From: Auanema rhodensis
Taxonomy: Eukaryota; Animalia; Nematoda
Direction of reading: 5' to 3'
DNA: 64,000 nucleotides
NCBI GenBank assembly: GCA_964057225.1
Contig: OZ059894.1
Coordinates: 12,958,001 to 13,022,000 of the forward strand
Shown here: piece after piece, positions 49,801 through 64,000 of the stretch
Layout: every line of letters begins with the position of its first letter
Numbering within the stretch: the stretch's first letter is position 1
Program-made: the position numbers and the translations under genes
Notes under the pieces: model-generated
What the model saw: only the letters and a program-made list of their open reading frames with translations
What the model was told of the DNA's origin: nothing
Databases searched by the model: none

Positions 49801-52800
49801 AATATGAGATTGTTTCAAAATACGTGATTAAATGAAGGAAATGGAGTAAAATGAATTGGAAAATTATAAAATATTTTCATGTTTTATTTCTTGAGTTTCA
49901 AAATATTCAAACTTTTTTTTTCACTGTTTAAAATCTTAATGAACGAATGAATTGTTTCAAAACTATTGTAAAAATTTGAGATTGTTTCAAAATACGTGAT
50001 TAAATGAAGAAAATGGAGTAAAATGAATTGGAAAATTATAAAATATTTCCATGTTTTATTTTTTTAGTATCAGAAAATTCAAATTAAGATCGTTTTTAAT
50101 GTTTCAAATCTCAATGAACGAATGAATTGTTTCAAAACTATTGTAAAAATATGAGATTGTTTCAAAATACGTGATTAAATGAAGAAAATGGAGTAAAATG
50201 AATTGGAAAATTATAAAATATTTTCATGTTTTATTTCTTGAGTTTCAAAATATTCAAACTTTTTTTTTTCACTGTTTAAAATCTTAATGAACGAATGAAT
50301 TGTTTCAAAACTATTGTAAAAATTTGAGATTGTTTCAAAATACGTGATTTAATGAAGAAAATAGAGTAAAATGAATTGGAAAATTATAAAATATTTTCAT
50401 GTTTTTTTTTTTGAGTATCAAAATATTTGAAATTATAACTTCTTTACTGTTAAAAACATTATTAACTGGATGATTTGTTTCGAAATTATTGTAAAAATTT
50501 AAAATTGTTCCAAGAAACATGATTAAATGAAGAAAATAGAGTTAAATGAATTGGAAAATTATAAAATAATTTCATGTTTTATTTTTTGAGTATCAAAATA
50601 ATTAAAATTATATCTACTTTACTGTTAAAAACATTATTAACTGGATGATTTGTTTCGAAATTATTGTAAAATTTAAAATTGTTCCAAGAAACATGATTAA
50701 ATGAAGAAAATAGAGTAAAATGAATTGGAAAATTTTAAAATATTTTCATGTTTTATTTTTTGAGTATCAAAATATTTAAAATTATATCTTCTTTACTGTT
50801 AAAAACATTATTAAATGAATGATTTGTTTCGAAATTATTGTAAAAATTTAAAATTGTTCCAAGAAACATGATTAAATGAAGAAAATGGAGTAAAATGAAT
50901 TGGAAAATTTTAAAATATTTTCATGTTTTATTTTTTGAGTATCAAAATATTCAAACTTTTTTTTTCACTGTTTAAAACATTATTAACTGGATGATTTGTT
51001 TCGAAATTATTGTAAAATTTAAAATTGTTCCAAGAAACATGATTAAATGAAGAAAATAGAGTAAAATGAATTGGAAAATTTTAAAATATTTTCATGTTTT
51101 ATTTTTTGAGTATCAAAATATTTAAAATTATATCTTCTTTACTGTTAAAAACATTATTAAATGAATGATTTGTTTCGAAATTATTGTAAAAATTTAAAAT
51201 TGTTCCAAGAAACATGATTAAATGAAGAAAATGGAGTAAAATGAATTGGAAAATTTTAAAAAATTTTCATGTTTTATTTTTTGAGTATCAAAATATTCAA
51301 ACTTTTTTTTTCACTGTTTAAAATCTTGATGAACGAATGAATTGTTTCAAAACTATTGTAAAAATATGAGATTGTTTCAAAATACGTGATTAAATGAAGA
51401 AAATGGAGTAAAATGAATTGGAAAATTATAAAATATTTTCATGTTTTATTTCTTGAGTATCAAAATATTTAAACTTTTTTTTTTCACTGTTTAAAATCTT
51501 ACAGAACGAATGAATTGTTTCAAAACTATTGTAAAAATTTGAGATTGTTTCAAAATACGTGATTAAATGAAGAAAATGGAGTAAAATGAATTGGAAAATT
51601 ATAAAATATTTTCATGTTTTATTTCTTGAGTATCAAAATATTTAAACTTTTTTTTTTCACTGTTTAAAATCTTACAGAACGAATGAATTGTTTCAAAACT
51701 ATTGTAAAAATTTGAGATTGTTTCAAAATACGTGATTAAATGAAGAAAATGGAGTAAAATGAATTGGAAAATTATAAAATATTTCCATGTTTTATTTTCT
51801 TATTATCAGAAAATTCAAATTAAGATCGTTTTTAATGTTTCAAATCTTAATGAACGAATGAATTGTTTCAAAACTATTGTAAAAATATGAGATTGTTTCA
51901 AAATACGTGATTAAATGAAGAAAATGGAGTAAAATGAATTGGAAAAATATAAAATATTTTCATGTTTTATTTCTTGAGTTTCAAAATATTCAAACTTTTT
52001 TTTTTCACTGTTTAAAATCTTAATGAACGAATGAATTGTTTCAAAACTATTGTAAAAATTTGAGATTGTTTCAAAATACGTGATTAAATGAAGAAAATAG
52101 AGTAAAATGAATTGGAAAATTATAAAATATTTTCATGTTTTATTTTTTGAGTATCAAAATATTTGAAATTATAACTTCTTTACTGTTAAAAACATTATTA
52201 ACTGGATGATTTGTTTCGAAATTATTGTAAAAATTTAAAATTGTTCCAAGAAACATGATTAAATGAAGAAAATAGAGTAAAATGAATTGGAAAATTATAA
52301 AATATTTTCATGTTTTATTTTTTGAGTATCAAAATAATTAAAATTATATCTACTTTACTGTTAAAAACATTATTAACTGGATGATTTGTTTCGAAATTAT
52401 TGTAAAATTTAAAATTGTTCCAAGAAACATGATTAAATGAAGAAAATAGAGTAAAATGAATTGGAAAATTATAAAATATTTTCATGTTTTATTTCTTGAG
52501 TATCAAAATATTCAAACTTTTTTTTTCACTGTTTAAAATCTTAATGAACGAATGATTTGTTTCGAAATTATTGTAAAATTTAAAATTGTTCCAAGAAACA
52601 TGATTAAATGAAGAAAATAGAGTAAAATGAATTGGAAAATTTTAAAATATTTTCATGTTTTATTTTTTGAGTATCAAAATATTTAAAATTATATCTTCTT
52701 TACTGTTAAAAACATTATTAAATGAATGATTTGTTTCGAAATTATTGTAAAAATTTAAAATTGTTCCAAGAAACATGATTAAATGAAGAAAATAGAGTAA

Positions 52801-55800
52801 AATGAATTGGAAAATTATAAAATATTTTCATGTTTTATTTCTTGAGTATCAAAATATTCAAACTTTTTTTTTCACTGTTTAAAATCTTAATGAACGAATG
52901 ATTTGTTTCGAAATTATTGTAAAATTTAAAATTGTTCCAAGAAACATGATTAAATGAAGAAAATAGAGTAAAATGAATTGGAAAATTTTAAAATATTTTC
53001 ATGTTTTATTTTTTGAGTATCAAAATATTTAAAATTATATCTTCTTTACTGTTAAAAACATTATTAAATGAATGATTTGTTTCGAAATTATTGTAAAAAT
53101 TTAAAATTGTTCCAAGAAACATGATTAAATGAAGAAAATGGAATAAAATGAATTGGAAAATTATAAAATATTTCCATGTTTTATTTCTTGAGTATCAAAA
53201 TATTCAAAATTATATCTTTTTTACTGTTAAAAACATTATTAACTGGATGATTTGTTACGAAATTATTGCAAAAATATGAGATTGTTTCAAAATACGTGAT
53301 TAAATGAAGAAAATGGAGTAAAATGAATTGGAAAATTATAAAATATTTTCCTGTTTTATTTCTTGAGTTTCAAAATATTCAAACTTTTTTTTTTCACTGT
53401 TTAAAATCTTAATGAACGAATGAATTGTTTCAAAACTATTGTAAAAATATGAGATTGTTTCAAAATACGTGATTAAATGAAGAAAATAGAGTAAAATGAA
53501 TTGGAATATTATAAAATATTTTCATGTTTTATTTCTTGAGTATCAAAATACTCAAACTTTTTTTTTTCACTGTTTAAAATCTTAATGAACGAATGAATTG
53601 TTTCAAAACTATTGTAAAAATATGAGATTGTTTCAAAATACGTGATTAAATAAAGAAAATGGAGTAAAATGAATTGGAAAATTATAAAATATTTTCATGT
53701 TTTATTTCTTGAGTTTCAAAATATTCAAACTTTTTTTTTTCACTGTTTAAAATCTTAATGAACGAATGAATTGTTTCAAAACTATTGTAAAAATATGAGA
53801 TTGTTTCAAAATACGTGATTAAATGAAGAAAATGGAGTAAAATGAATTGGAAAATTATAAAATATTTCCATGTTTTATTTTCTTAGTATCAGAAAATTCA
53901 AATTAAGATCGTTTTTAATGTTTCAAATCTCAATGAACGAATGAATTGTTTCAAAACTATTGTAAAAATATGAGATTGTTTCAAAATACGTGATTAAATG
54001 AAGAAAATGGAGTAAAATGAATTGGAAAATTATAAAATATTTTCATGTTTTATTTCTTGAGTATCAAAATATTTAAACTTTTTTTTTTCACTGTTTAAAA
54101 TCTTACAGAACGAATGAATTGTTTCAAAACTATTGTAAAAATTTGAGATTGTTTCAAAATACGTGATTAAATGAAGAAAATGGAGTAAAATGAATTGGAA
54201 AATTATAAAATATTTCCATGTTTTATTTTCTTATTATCAGAAAATTCAAATTAAGATCGTTTTTAATGTTTCAAATCTTAATGAACGAATTAATTGTTTC
54301 AAAACTATTGTAAAAATATGAGATTGTTTCAAAATACGTGATTAAATGAAGAAAATAGAGTAAAATGAATTGGAAAATTTTAAAATATATCCATGTTTTA
54401 TTTTTTTTTTTCTTTTTTTTTTCAACTTTTTTTTTTCACTGTTTAGAATCTTAATGAACGAATGAATTGTTTCAAAACTATTGTAAAAATTTGAGATTGT
54501 TTCAAAATACGTGATTAAATGAAGAAAATGGAGTAAAACGAATTGGAAAATTATAAAATATTTCCATGTTTTATTTTTTTAGTATCAGAAAATTCAAATT
54601 AAGATCGTTTTTAATGTTTCAAATCTCAATGAACGAATGAATTGTTTCAAAACTATTCTAAAAATATGAGATTGTTTCAAAATACGTGATTAAATGAAGA
54701 AAATGGAGTAAAATGAATTGGAAAATTATAAAATATTTTCATGTTTTATTTCTTGAGTTTCAAAATATTCAAACTTTTTTTTTTCACTGTTTAAAATCTT
54801 AATGAACGAATGAATTGTTTCAAAACTATTGTAAAAATATGAGATTGTTTCAAAATACGTGATTAAATGAAGAAAATGGAGTAAAATGAATTGGAAAATT
54901 ATAAAATATTTCCATGTTTTATTTTCTTATTATCAGAAAATTCAAATTAAGATCGTTTTTAATGTTTCAAATCTTAATGAACGAATTAATTGTTTCAAAA
55001 CTATTGTAAAAATTTGAGATTGTTTCAAAATACGTGATTAAATGAAGAAAATAGAGTAAAATGAATTGGAAAATTATAAAATATTTCCATGTTTTATTTT
55101 TTTAGTATCAGAAAATTCAAATTAAGATCGTTTTTAATGTTTCAAATCTCAATGAACGAATGAATTGTTTCAAAACTATTCTAAAAATATGAGATTGTTT
55201 CAAAATACGTGATTAAATGAAGAAAATGGAGTAAAATGAATTGGAAAATTATAAAATATTTTCATGTTTTATTTTTTGAGTATCAAAATAATTAAAATTA
55301 TATCTACTTTACTGTTAAAAACATTATTAACTGGATGATTTGTTTCGAAATTATTGTAAAATTTAAAATTGTTCCAAGAAACATGATTAAATGAAGAAAA
55401 TAGAGTAAAATGAATTGGAAAATTTTAAAATATTTTCATGTTTTATTTTTTGAGTATCAAAATATTTGAAATTATATCTTCTTTACTGTTAAAAACATTA
55501 TTAAATGAATGATTTGTTTCAAAATTATTGTAAAAATTTAAAATTGTTTCAAAATACGTGATTAAATGAAGAAAATGGAGTAAAACGAATTGGAAAATTA
55601 TAAAATATTTCCATGTTTTATTTTTTTAGTATCAGAAAATTCAAATTAAGATCGTTTTTAATGTTTCAAATCTCAATGAACGAATGAATTGTTTCAAAAC
55701 TATTCTAAAAATATAAATATTTCCATGTTTTATTTTTTTAGTATCAGAAAATTCAAATTAAGATCGTTTTTAATGTTTCAAATCTCAATGAACGAATGAA

Positions 55801-58099
55801 TTGTTTCAAAACTATTCTAAAAATATGAGATTGTTTCAAAATACGTGATTAAATGAAGAAAATGGAGTAAAATGAATTGGAAAATTATAAAATATTTTCA
55901 TGTTTTATTTTTTGAGTATCAAAATAATTAAAATTATATCTACTTTACTGTTAAAAACATTATTAACTGGATGATTTGTTTCGAAATTATTGTAAAATTT
56001 AAAATTGTTCCAAGAAACATGATTAAATGAAGAAAATAGAGTAAAATGAATTGGAAAATTTTAAAATATTTTCATGTTTTATTTTTTGAGTATCAAAATA
56101 TTTGAAATTATATCTTCTTTACTGTTAAAAACATTATTAAATGAATGATTTGTTTCAAAATTATTGTAAAAATTTAAAATTGTTTCAAAATACGTGATTA
56201 AATGAAGAAAATGGAGTAAAACGAATTGGAAAATTATAAAATATTTCCATGTTTTATTTTTTTAGTATCAGAAAATTCAAATTAAGATCGTTTTTAATGT
56301 TTCAAATCTCAATGAACGAATGAATTGTTTCAAAACTATTCTAAAAATATAAATATTTCCATGTTTTATTTTTTTAGTATCAGAAAATTCAAACTTTTTT
56401 TTTTCACTGTTTAAAATCTTAATGAACGAATGAATTGTTTCAAAACTATTGTAAAAATTTGAGATTGTTTCAAAATACGTGATTAAATAAAGAAAATGGA
56501 GTAAAATGAATTGGAAAATTATAAAATATTTTCATGTTTTATTTCTTGAGTTTCAAAATATTCAAACTTTTTTTTTTCACTGTTTAAAATCTTAATGAAC
56601 GAATGAATTGTTTCAAAACTATTGTAAAAATTTGAGATTGTTTCAAAATACGTGATTAAATGAAGAAAATGGAATAAAATGAATTGGAAAATTATAAAAT
56701 ATTTCCATGTTTTATTTTCTTAGTATCAGAAAATTCAAATTAAGATCGTTTTTAATGTTTAAAATCTTAATGAACGAATGAATTGTTTCAAAACTATTGT
56801 AAAAATATGAGATTGTTTCAAAATACGTGATTAAATGAAGAAAATGGAGTAAAATGAATTGGAAAATTATAAAATATTTCCATGTTTTATTTTCTTAGTA
56901 TCAGAAAATTCAAATTAAGATCGTTTTTAATGTTTCAAATCTCAATGAACGAATGAATTGTTTCAAAACTATTGTAAAAATATGAGATTGTTTCAAAATA
57001 CGTGATTAAATGAAGAAAATGGAGTAAAATGAATTGGAAAATTATAAAATATTTTCATGTTTTATTTCTTGAGTATCAAAACATTTAAACTTTTTTTTTT
57101 CACTGTTTAAAATCTTACAGAACGAATGAATTGTTTCAAAACTATTGTAAAAATTTGAGATTGTTTCAAAATACGTGATTAAATGAAGAAAATGGAGTAA
57201 AATGAATTGGAAAATTATAAAATATTTCCATGTTTTATTTTCTTATTATCAGAAAATTCAAATTAAGATCGTTTTTAATGTTTCAAATCTTAATGAACGA
57301 ATTAATTGTTTCAAAACTATTGTAAAAATATGAGATTGTTTCAAAATACGTGATTAAATGAAGAAAATAGAGTAAAATGAATTGGAAAATTATGAAATAT
57401 TTCCATGTTTTATTTTTTTTTTCTTTTTTTTTTCAACTTTTTTTTTTCACTGTTTAAAATCTTAATGAACGAATGAATTGTTTCAAAACTATTGTAAAAA
57501 TTTGAGATTGTTTCAAAATACGTGATTAAATGAAGAAAATGGAGTAAAATGAATTGGAAAATTATAAAATATTTCAATGTTTTATTTTTTTAGTATCAAA
57601 ATATTCAAAATTATATCTTTTTTACTGTTAAAAACATTATTAACTGGATGATTTGTTTGGAAATTATTGTAAAAATATGAGATTGTTTCAAAATACGTGA
57701 TTAAATGAAGAAAATGGAGTAAAATGAATTGGAAAATTATAAAATATTTTCCTGTTTTATTTCTTGAGTTTCAAAATATTCAAACTTTTTTTTTTCACTG
57801 TTTAAAATCTTAATGAACGAATGAATTGTTTCAAAACTATTGTAAAAATTTGAGATTGTTTCAAAATACGTGATTAAATGAAGAAAATGGAGTAAAATGA
57901 ATTGGAAAATTATAAAATATTTCCATGTTTTATTTTCTTAGTATCAGAAAATTCAAATTAAGATCGTTTTTAATGTTTCAAATCTTAATGAACGAATGAA
58001 TTGTTTGAAAACTATTGTAAAAATATGAGATTGTTTCAAAATACGTGATTAAATGAAGAAAATGGAGTAAAATGAATTGGAAAAATATAAAATATTTTC

Positions 58100-61000
58100 A
58101 TGTTTTATTTCTTGAGTTTCAAAATATTCAAACTTTTTTTTTTCACTGTTTAAAATCTTAATGAACGAATGAATTGTTTCAAAACTATTGTAAAAATTTG
58201 AGATTGTTTCAAAATACGTGATTAAATGAAGAAAATAGAGTAAAATGAATTGGAAAATTATAAAATATTTTCATGTTTTATTTTTTGAGTATCAAAATAT
58301 TTGAAATTATAACTTCTTTACTGTTAAAAACATTATTAACTGGATGATTTGTTTCGAAATTATTGTAAAAATTTAAAATTGTTCCAAGAAACATGATTAA
58401 ATGAAGAAAATAGAGTAAAATGAATTGGAAAATTATAAAATATTTTCATGTTTTATTTTTTGAGTATCAAAATAATTAAAATTATATCTACTTTACTGTT
58501 AAAAACATTATTAACTGGATGATTTGTTTCGAAATTATTGTAAAATTTAAAATTGTTCCAAGAAACATGATTAAATGAAGAAAATAGAGTAAAATGAATT
58601 GGAAAATTTTAAAATATTTTCATGTTTTATTTTTTGAGTATCAAAATATTTAAAATTATATCTTCTTTACTGTTAAAAACATTATTAAATGAATGATTTG
58701 TTTCGAAATTATTGTAAAAATTTAAAATTGTTCCAAGAAACATGATTAAATGAAGAAAATAGAGTAAAATGAATTGGAAAATTATAAAATATTTTCATGT
58801 TTTATTTCTTGAGTATCAAAATATTCAAACTTTTTTTTTCATTGTTTAAAATCTTAATGAACGAATGATTTGTTTCGAAATTATTGTAAAATTTTAAATT
58901 GTTCCAAGAAACATGATTAAATGAAGAAAATAGAGTAAAATGAATTGGAAAATTTTAAAATATTTTCATGTTTTATTTTTTGAGTATCAAAATATTCAAA
59001 ATTATATCTTTTTTACTGTTAAAAACATTATTAACTGGATGATTTGTTTCGAAATTATTGCAAAAATATGAGATTGTTTCAAAATACGTGATTAAATGAA
59101 GAAAATGGAGTAAAATGAATTGGAAAATTATAAAATATTTCCATGTTTTATTTCTTGAGTATCAAAATATTCAAAATTATATCTTTTTTACTGTTAAAAA
59201 CATTATTAACTGGATGATTTGTTTCGAAATTATTGCAAAAATATGAGATTGTTTCAAAATACGTGATTAAATGAAGAAAATGGAGTAAAATGAATTGGAA
59301 AATTATAAAATATTTTCCTGTTTTATTTCTTGAGTTTCAAAATATTCAAACTTTTTTTTTTCACTGTTTAAAATCTTAATGAACGAATGAATTGTTTCAA
59401 AACTATTGTAAAAATATGAGATTGTTTCAAAATACGTGATTAAATGAAGAAAATAGAGTAAAATGAATTGGAATATTATAAAATATTTTCATGTTTTATT
59501 TCTTGAGTATCAAAATATTCAAACTTTTTTTTTTCACTGTTTAAAATCTTAATGAACGAATGAATTGTTTCAAAACTATTGTAAAAATATGAGATTGTTT
59601 CAAAATACGTGATTAAATAAAGAAAATGGAGTAAAATGAATTGGAAAATTATAAAATATTTCCATGTTTTATTTTCTTAGTATCAGAAAATTCAAATTAA
59701 GATCGTTTTTAATGTTTCAAATCTCAATGAACGAATGAATTGTTTCAAAACTATTGCAAAAATATGAGATTGTTTCAAAATACGTGATTAAATGAAGAAA
59801 ATAGAGTAAAATGAATTGGAATATTATAAAATATTTTCATGTTTTATTTCTTGAGTATCAAAATATTCAAACTTTTTTTTTTCACTGTTTAAAATCTTAA
59901 TGAACGAATGAATTGTTTCAAAACTATTGTAAAAATATGAGATTGTTTCAAAATACGTGATTAAATAAAGAAAATGGAGTAAAATGAATTGGAAAATTAT
60001 AAAATATTTTCATGTTTTATTTCTTGAGTTTCAAAATATTCAAACTTTTTTTTTTCACTGTTTAAAATCTTAATGAACGAATGAATTGTTTCAAAACTAT
60101 TGTAAAAATATGAGATTGTTTCAAAATACGTGATTAAATGAAGAAAATGGAGTAAAATGAATTGGAAAATTATAAAATATTTCCATGTTTTATTTCTTGA
60201 GTATCAAAATATTCAAACTTTTTTTTTCACTGTTTAAAATCTTAATGAACGAATGAATTGTTTCAAAACTATTGTAAAAATATGAGATTGTTTCAAAATA
60301 CGTGATTAAATGAAGAAAATGGAGTAAAATGAATTGGAAAATTATAAAATATTTCCATGTTTTATTTCTTGAGTTTCAAAATATTCAAACTTTTTTTTTT
60401 CACTGTTTAAAATCTTAATGAACGAATGAATTGTTTCAAAACTATTGTAAAAATTTGAGATTGTTTCAAAATACGTGATTAAATGAAGAAAATAGAGTAA
60501 AATGAATTGGAAAATTATAAAATATTTTCATGTTTTATTTTTTGAGTATCAAAATATTTGAAATTATAACTTCTTTACTGTTAAAAACATTATTAACTGG
60601 ATGATTTGTTTCGAAATTATTGTAAAAATTTAAAATTGTTCCAAGAAACATGATTAAATGAAGAAAATAGAGTAAAATGAATTGGAAAATTATAAAATAT
60701 TTTCATGTTTTATTTTTTGAGTATCAAAATAATTAAAATTATATCTACTTTACTGTTAAAAACATTATTAACTGGATGATTTGTTTCGAAATTATTGTAA
60801 AATTTAAAATTGTTCCAAGAAACATGATTAAATGAAGAAAATAGAGTAAAATGAATTGGAAAATTTTAAAATATTTTCATGTTTTATTTTTTGAGTATCA
60901 AAATATTTAAAATTATATCTTCTTTACTGTTAAAAACATTATTAAATGAATGATTTGTTTCGAAATTATTGTAAAAATTTAAAATTGTTCCAAGAAACAT

Positions 61001-62450
61001 GATTAAATGAAGAAAATAGAGTAAAATGAATTGGAAAATTATAAAATATTTTCATGTTTTATTTCTTGAGTATCAAAATATTCAAACTTTTTTTTTCACT
61101 GTTTAAAATCTTAATGAACGAATGATTTGTTTCGAAATTATTGTAAAATTTTAAATTGTTCCAAGAAACATGATTAAATGAAGAAAATAGAGTAAAATGA
61201 ATTGGAAAATTTTAAAATATTTTCATGTTTTATTTTTTGAGTATCAAAATATTCAAAATTATATCTTTTTTACTGTTAAAAACATTATTAACTGGATGAT
61301 TTGTTTCGAAATTATTGCAAAAATATGAGATTGTTTCAAAATACGTGATTAAATGAAGAAAATGGAGTAAAATGAATTGGAAAATTATAAAATATTTCCA
61401 TGTTTTATTTCTTGAGTATCAAAATATTCAAAATTATATCTTTTTTACTGTTAAAAACATTATTAACTGGATGATTTGTTTCGAAATTATTGCAAAAATA
61501 TGAGATTGTTTCAAAATACGTGATTAAATGAAGAAAATGGAGTAAAATGAATTGGAAAATTATAAAATATTTTCCTGTTTTATTTCTTGAGTTTCAAAAT
61601 ATTCAAACTTTTTTTTTTCACTGTTTAAAATCTTAATGAACGAATGAATTGTTTCAAAACTATTGTAAAAATATGAGATTGTTTCAAAATACGTGATTAA
61701 ATGAAGAAAATAGAGTAAAATGAATTGGAATATTATAAAATATTTTCATGTTTTATTTCTTGAGTATCAAAATATTCAAACTTTTTTTTTTCACTGTTTA
61801 AAATCTTAATGAACGAATGAATTGTTTCAAAACTATTGTAAAAATATGAGATTGTTTCAAAATACGTGATTAAATAAAGAAAATGGAGTAAAATGAATTG
61901 GAAAATTATAAAATATTTCCATGTTTTATTTTCTTAGTATCAGAAAATTCAAATTAAGATCGTTTTTAATGTTTCAAATCTCAATGAACGAATGAATTGT
62001 TTCAAAACTATTGCAAAAATATGAGATTGTTTCAAAATACGTGATTAAATGAAGAAAATAGAGTAAAATGAATTGGAATATTATAAAATATTTTCATGTT
62101 TTATTTCTTGAGTATCAAAATATTCAAACTTTTTTTTTTCACTGTTTAAAATCTTAATGAACGAATGAATTGTTTCAAAACTATTGTAAAAATATGAGAT
62201 TGTTTCAAAATACGTGATTAAATAAAGAAAATGGAGTAAAATGAATTGGAAAATTATAAAATATTTTCATGTTTTATTTCTTGAGTTTCAAAATATTCAA
62301 ACTTTTTTTTTTCACTGTTTAAAATCTTAATGAACGAATGAATTGTTTCAAAACTATTGTAAAAATATGAGATTGTTTCAAAATACGTGATTAAATGAAG
62401 AAAATGGAGTAAAATGAATTGGAAAATTATAAAATATTTCCATGTTTTAT
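58100..62450. repeat. 13-monomer (about 2257 bp) tandem duplication
   Basis: Private variant AAAATTTTAAATTGTTCC (GTTCC at 58901 and 61158) with matching TATTGCAAAA and ATTAAATAAAG variant series. Confidence 0.8.
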
Positions 62451-64000
62451 TTTCTTAGTATCAGAAAATTCAAATTAAGATCGTTTTTAATGTTTCAAAT
62501 CTCAATGAACGAATGAATTGTTTCAAAACTATTGTAAAAATATGAGATTGTTTCAAAATACGTGATTAAATGAAGAAAATGGAGTAAAATGAATTGGAAA
62601 ATTATAAAATATTTTCATGTTTTATTTCTTGAGTATCAAAATATTCAAACTTTTTTTTTCACTGTTTAAAATCTTAATGAACGAATGAATTGTTTCAAAA
62701 CTATTGTAAAAATTTGAGATTGTTTCAAAATACGTGATTAAATGAAGAAAATGGAATAAAATGAATTGGAAAATTATAAAATATTTCCATGTTTTATTTT
62801 CTTAGTATCAGAAAATTCAAATTAAGATCGTTTTTAATGTTTCAAATCTTAATGAACGAATGAATTGTTTCAAAACTATTGTAAAAATATGAGATTGTTT
62901 CAAAATACGTGATTAAATGAAGAAAATAGAGTAAAATGAATTGGAAAATTATAAAATATTTTCATGTTTTATTTCTTGAGTATCAAAATATTCAAAATTA
63001 TATCTTTTTTACTGTTAAAAACATTATTAACTGGATGATTTGTTTCGAAATTATTGCAAAAATATGAGATTGTTTCAAAATACGTGATTAAATGAAGAAA
63101 ATGGAGTAAAATGAATTGGAAAATTATAAAATATTTTCCTGTTTTATTTCTTGAGTATCAAAATATTCAAACTTTTTTTTTTCACTGTTTAAAATCTTAA
63201 TGAACGAATGAATTGTTTCAAAACTATTGTAAAAATATGAGATTGTTTCAAAATACGTGATTAAATAAAGAAAATGGAGTAAAATGAATTGGAAAATTAT
63301 AAAATATTTTCATGTTTTATTTCTTGAGTTTCAAAATATTCAATCTTTTTTTTTTCACTGTTTAAAATCTTAATGAACGAATGAATTGTTTCAAAACTAT
63401 TGTAAAAATATGAGATTGTTTCAAAATACGTGATCAAATGAAGAAAATGGAGTAAAATGAATTGGAAAATTATAAAATATTTCCATGTTTTATTTTCTTA
63501 GTATCAGAAAATTCAAATTAAGATCGTTTTTCACTGTTTAAAATCTTAATGAACGAATGAATTGTTTCAAAACTATTGTAAAAATATGAGATTGTTTCAA
63601 AATACGTGATTAAATGAAGAAAATGGAGTAAAATGAATTGGAAAATTATAAAATATTTTCATGTTTTATTTCTTGAGTATCAAAATATTTAAACTTTTTT
63701 TTTTCACTGTTTAAAATCTTACAGAACGAATGAATTGTTTCAAAACTATTGTAAAAATTTGAGATTGTTTCAAAATACGTGATTAAATGAAGAAAATGGA
63801 GTAAAATGAATTGGAAAATTATAAAATATTTCCATGTTTTATTTTCTTATTATCAGAAAATTCAAATTAAGATCGTTTTTAATGTTTCAAATCTTAATGA
63901 ACGAATTAATTGTTTCAAAACTATTGTAAAAATATGAGATTGTTTCAAAATACGTGATTAAATGAAGAAAATAGAGTAAAATGAATTGGAAAATTATAAA

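Larger units (their letters stand above)
40770..64000. repeat. Satellite array, segment 3 (more heterogeneous, rich in D-type monomers)
   Basis: Same monomer family and orientation, with D-type clusters near 46.4, 50.4-51.3, 52.1-53.1, 55.3-56.2, 58.3-59 and 60.5-61.2 kb. Confidence 0.98.

Noticed and set aside
50335-50520. 61-aa ORF on the - strand
   Set aside because: Chance open frame in satellite monomers, with low-complexity N/F/I/K content.

Overview
Eukaryotic, very AT-rich satellite array (about 55 kb, roughly 315-320 head-to-tail 173-175 bp monomers, all in one orientation, probably centromeric or pericentromeric). It has at least four monomer variants and nested higher-order repeats. 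Two intact, equal-length (4,449 bp), about 99.5% identical DIRS1-type tyrosine-recombinase retrotransposons interrupt it: 16262-20710 (-) and 36321-40769 (+). Each has 175-bp inverted terminal repeats (ITRs), a 38-bp right extension, an internal complementary region (ICR), gag, pol (RT, RNase H and a Dam-like methyltransferase domain) and a tyrosine recombinase (YR). Main observations: (1) a 43-nt GT-AG intron spans the gag stop codon, and removing it fuses gag in frame to the ATG-less pol ORF, suggesting a splicing-controlled Gag/Gag-Pol switch; (2) the two independent insertions hit different satellite positions on opposite strands that share the motif TTT-AWA-ATT-(G/T)T(T)CCAA, with crossover at the AAA of the ICR-predicted circle junction, suggesting a satellite-targeting element; (3) differences between the copies are mostly synonymous, and the two ITRs within each copy share a copy-specific SNP, pointing to an active family. 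No host genes, RNA genes or CRISPR arrays are seen. All alignments were done by eye.
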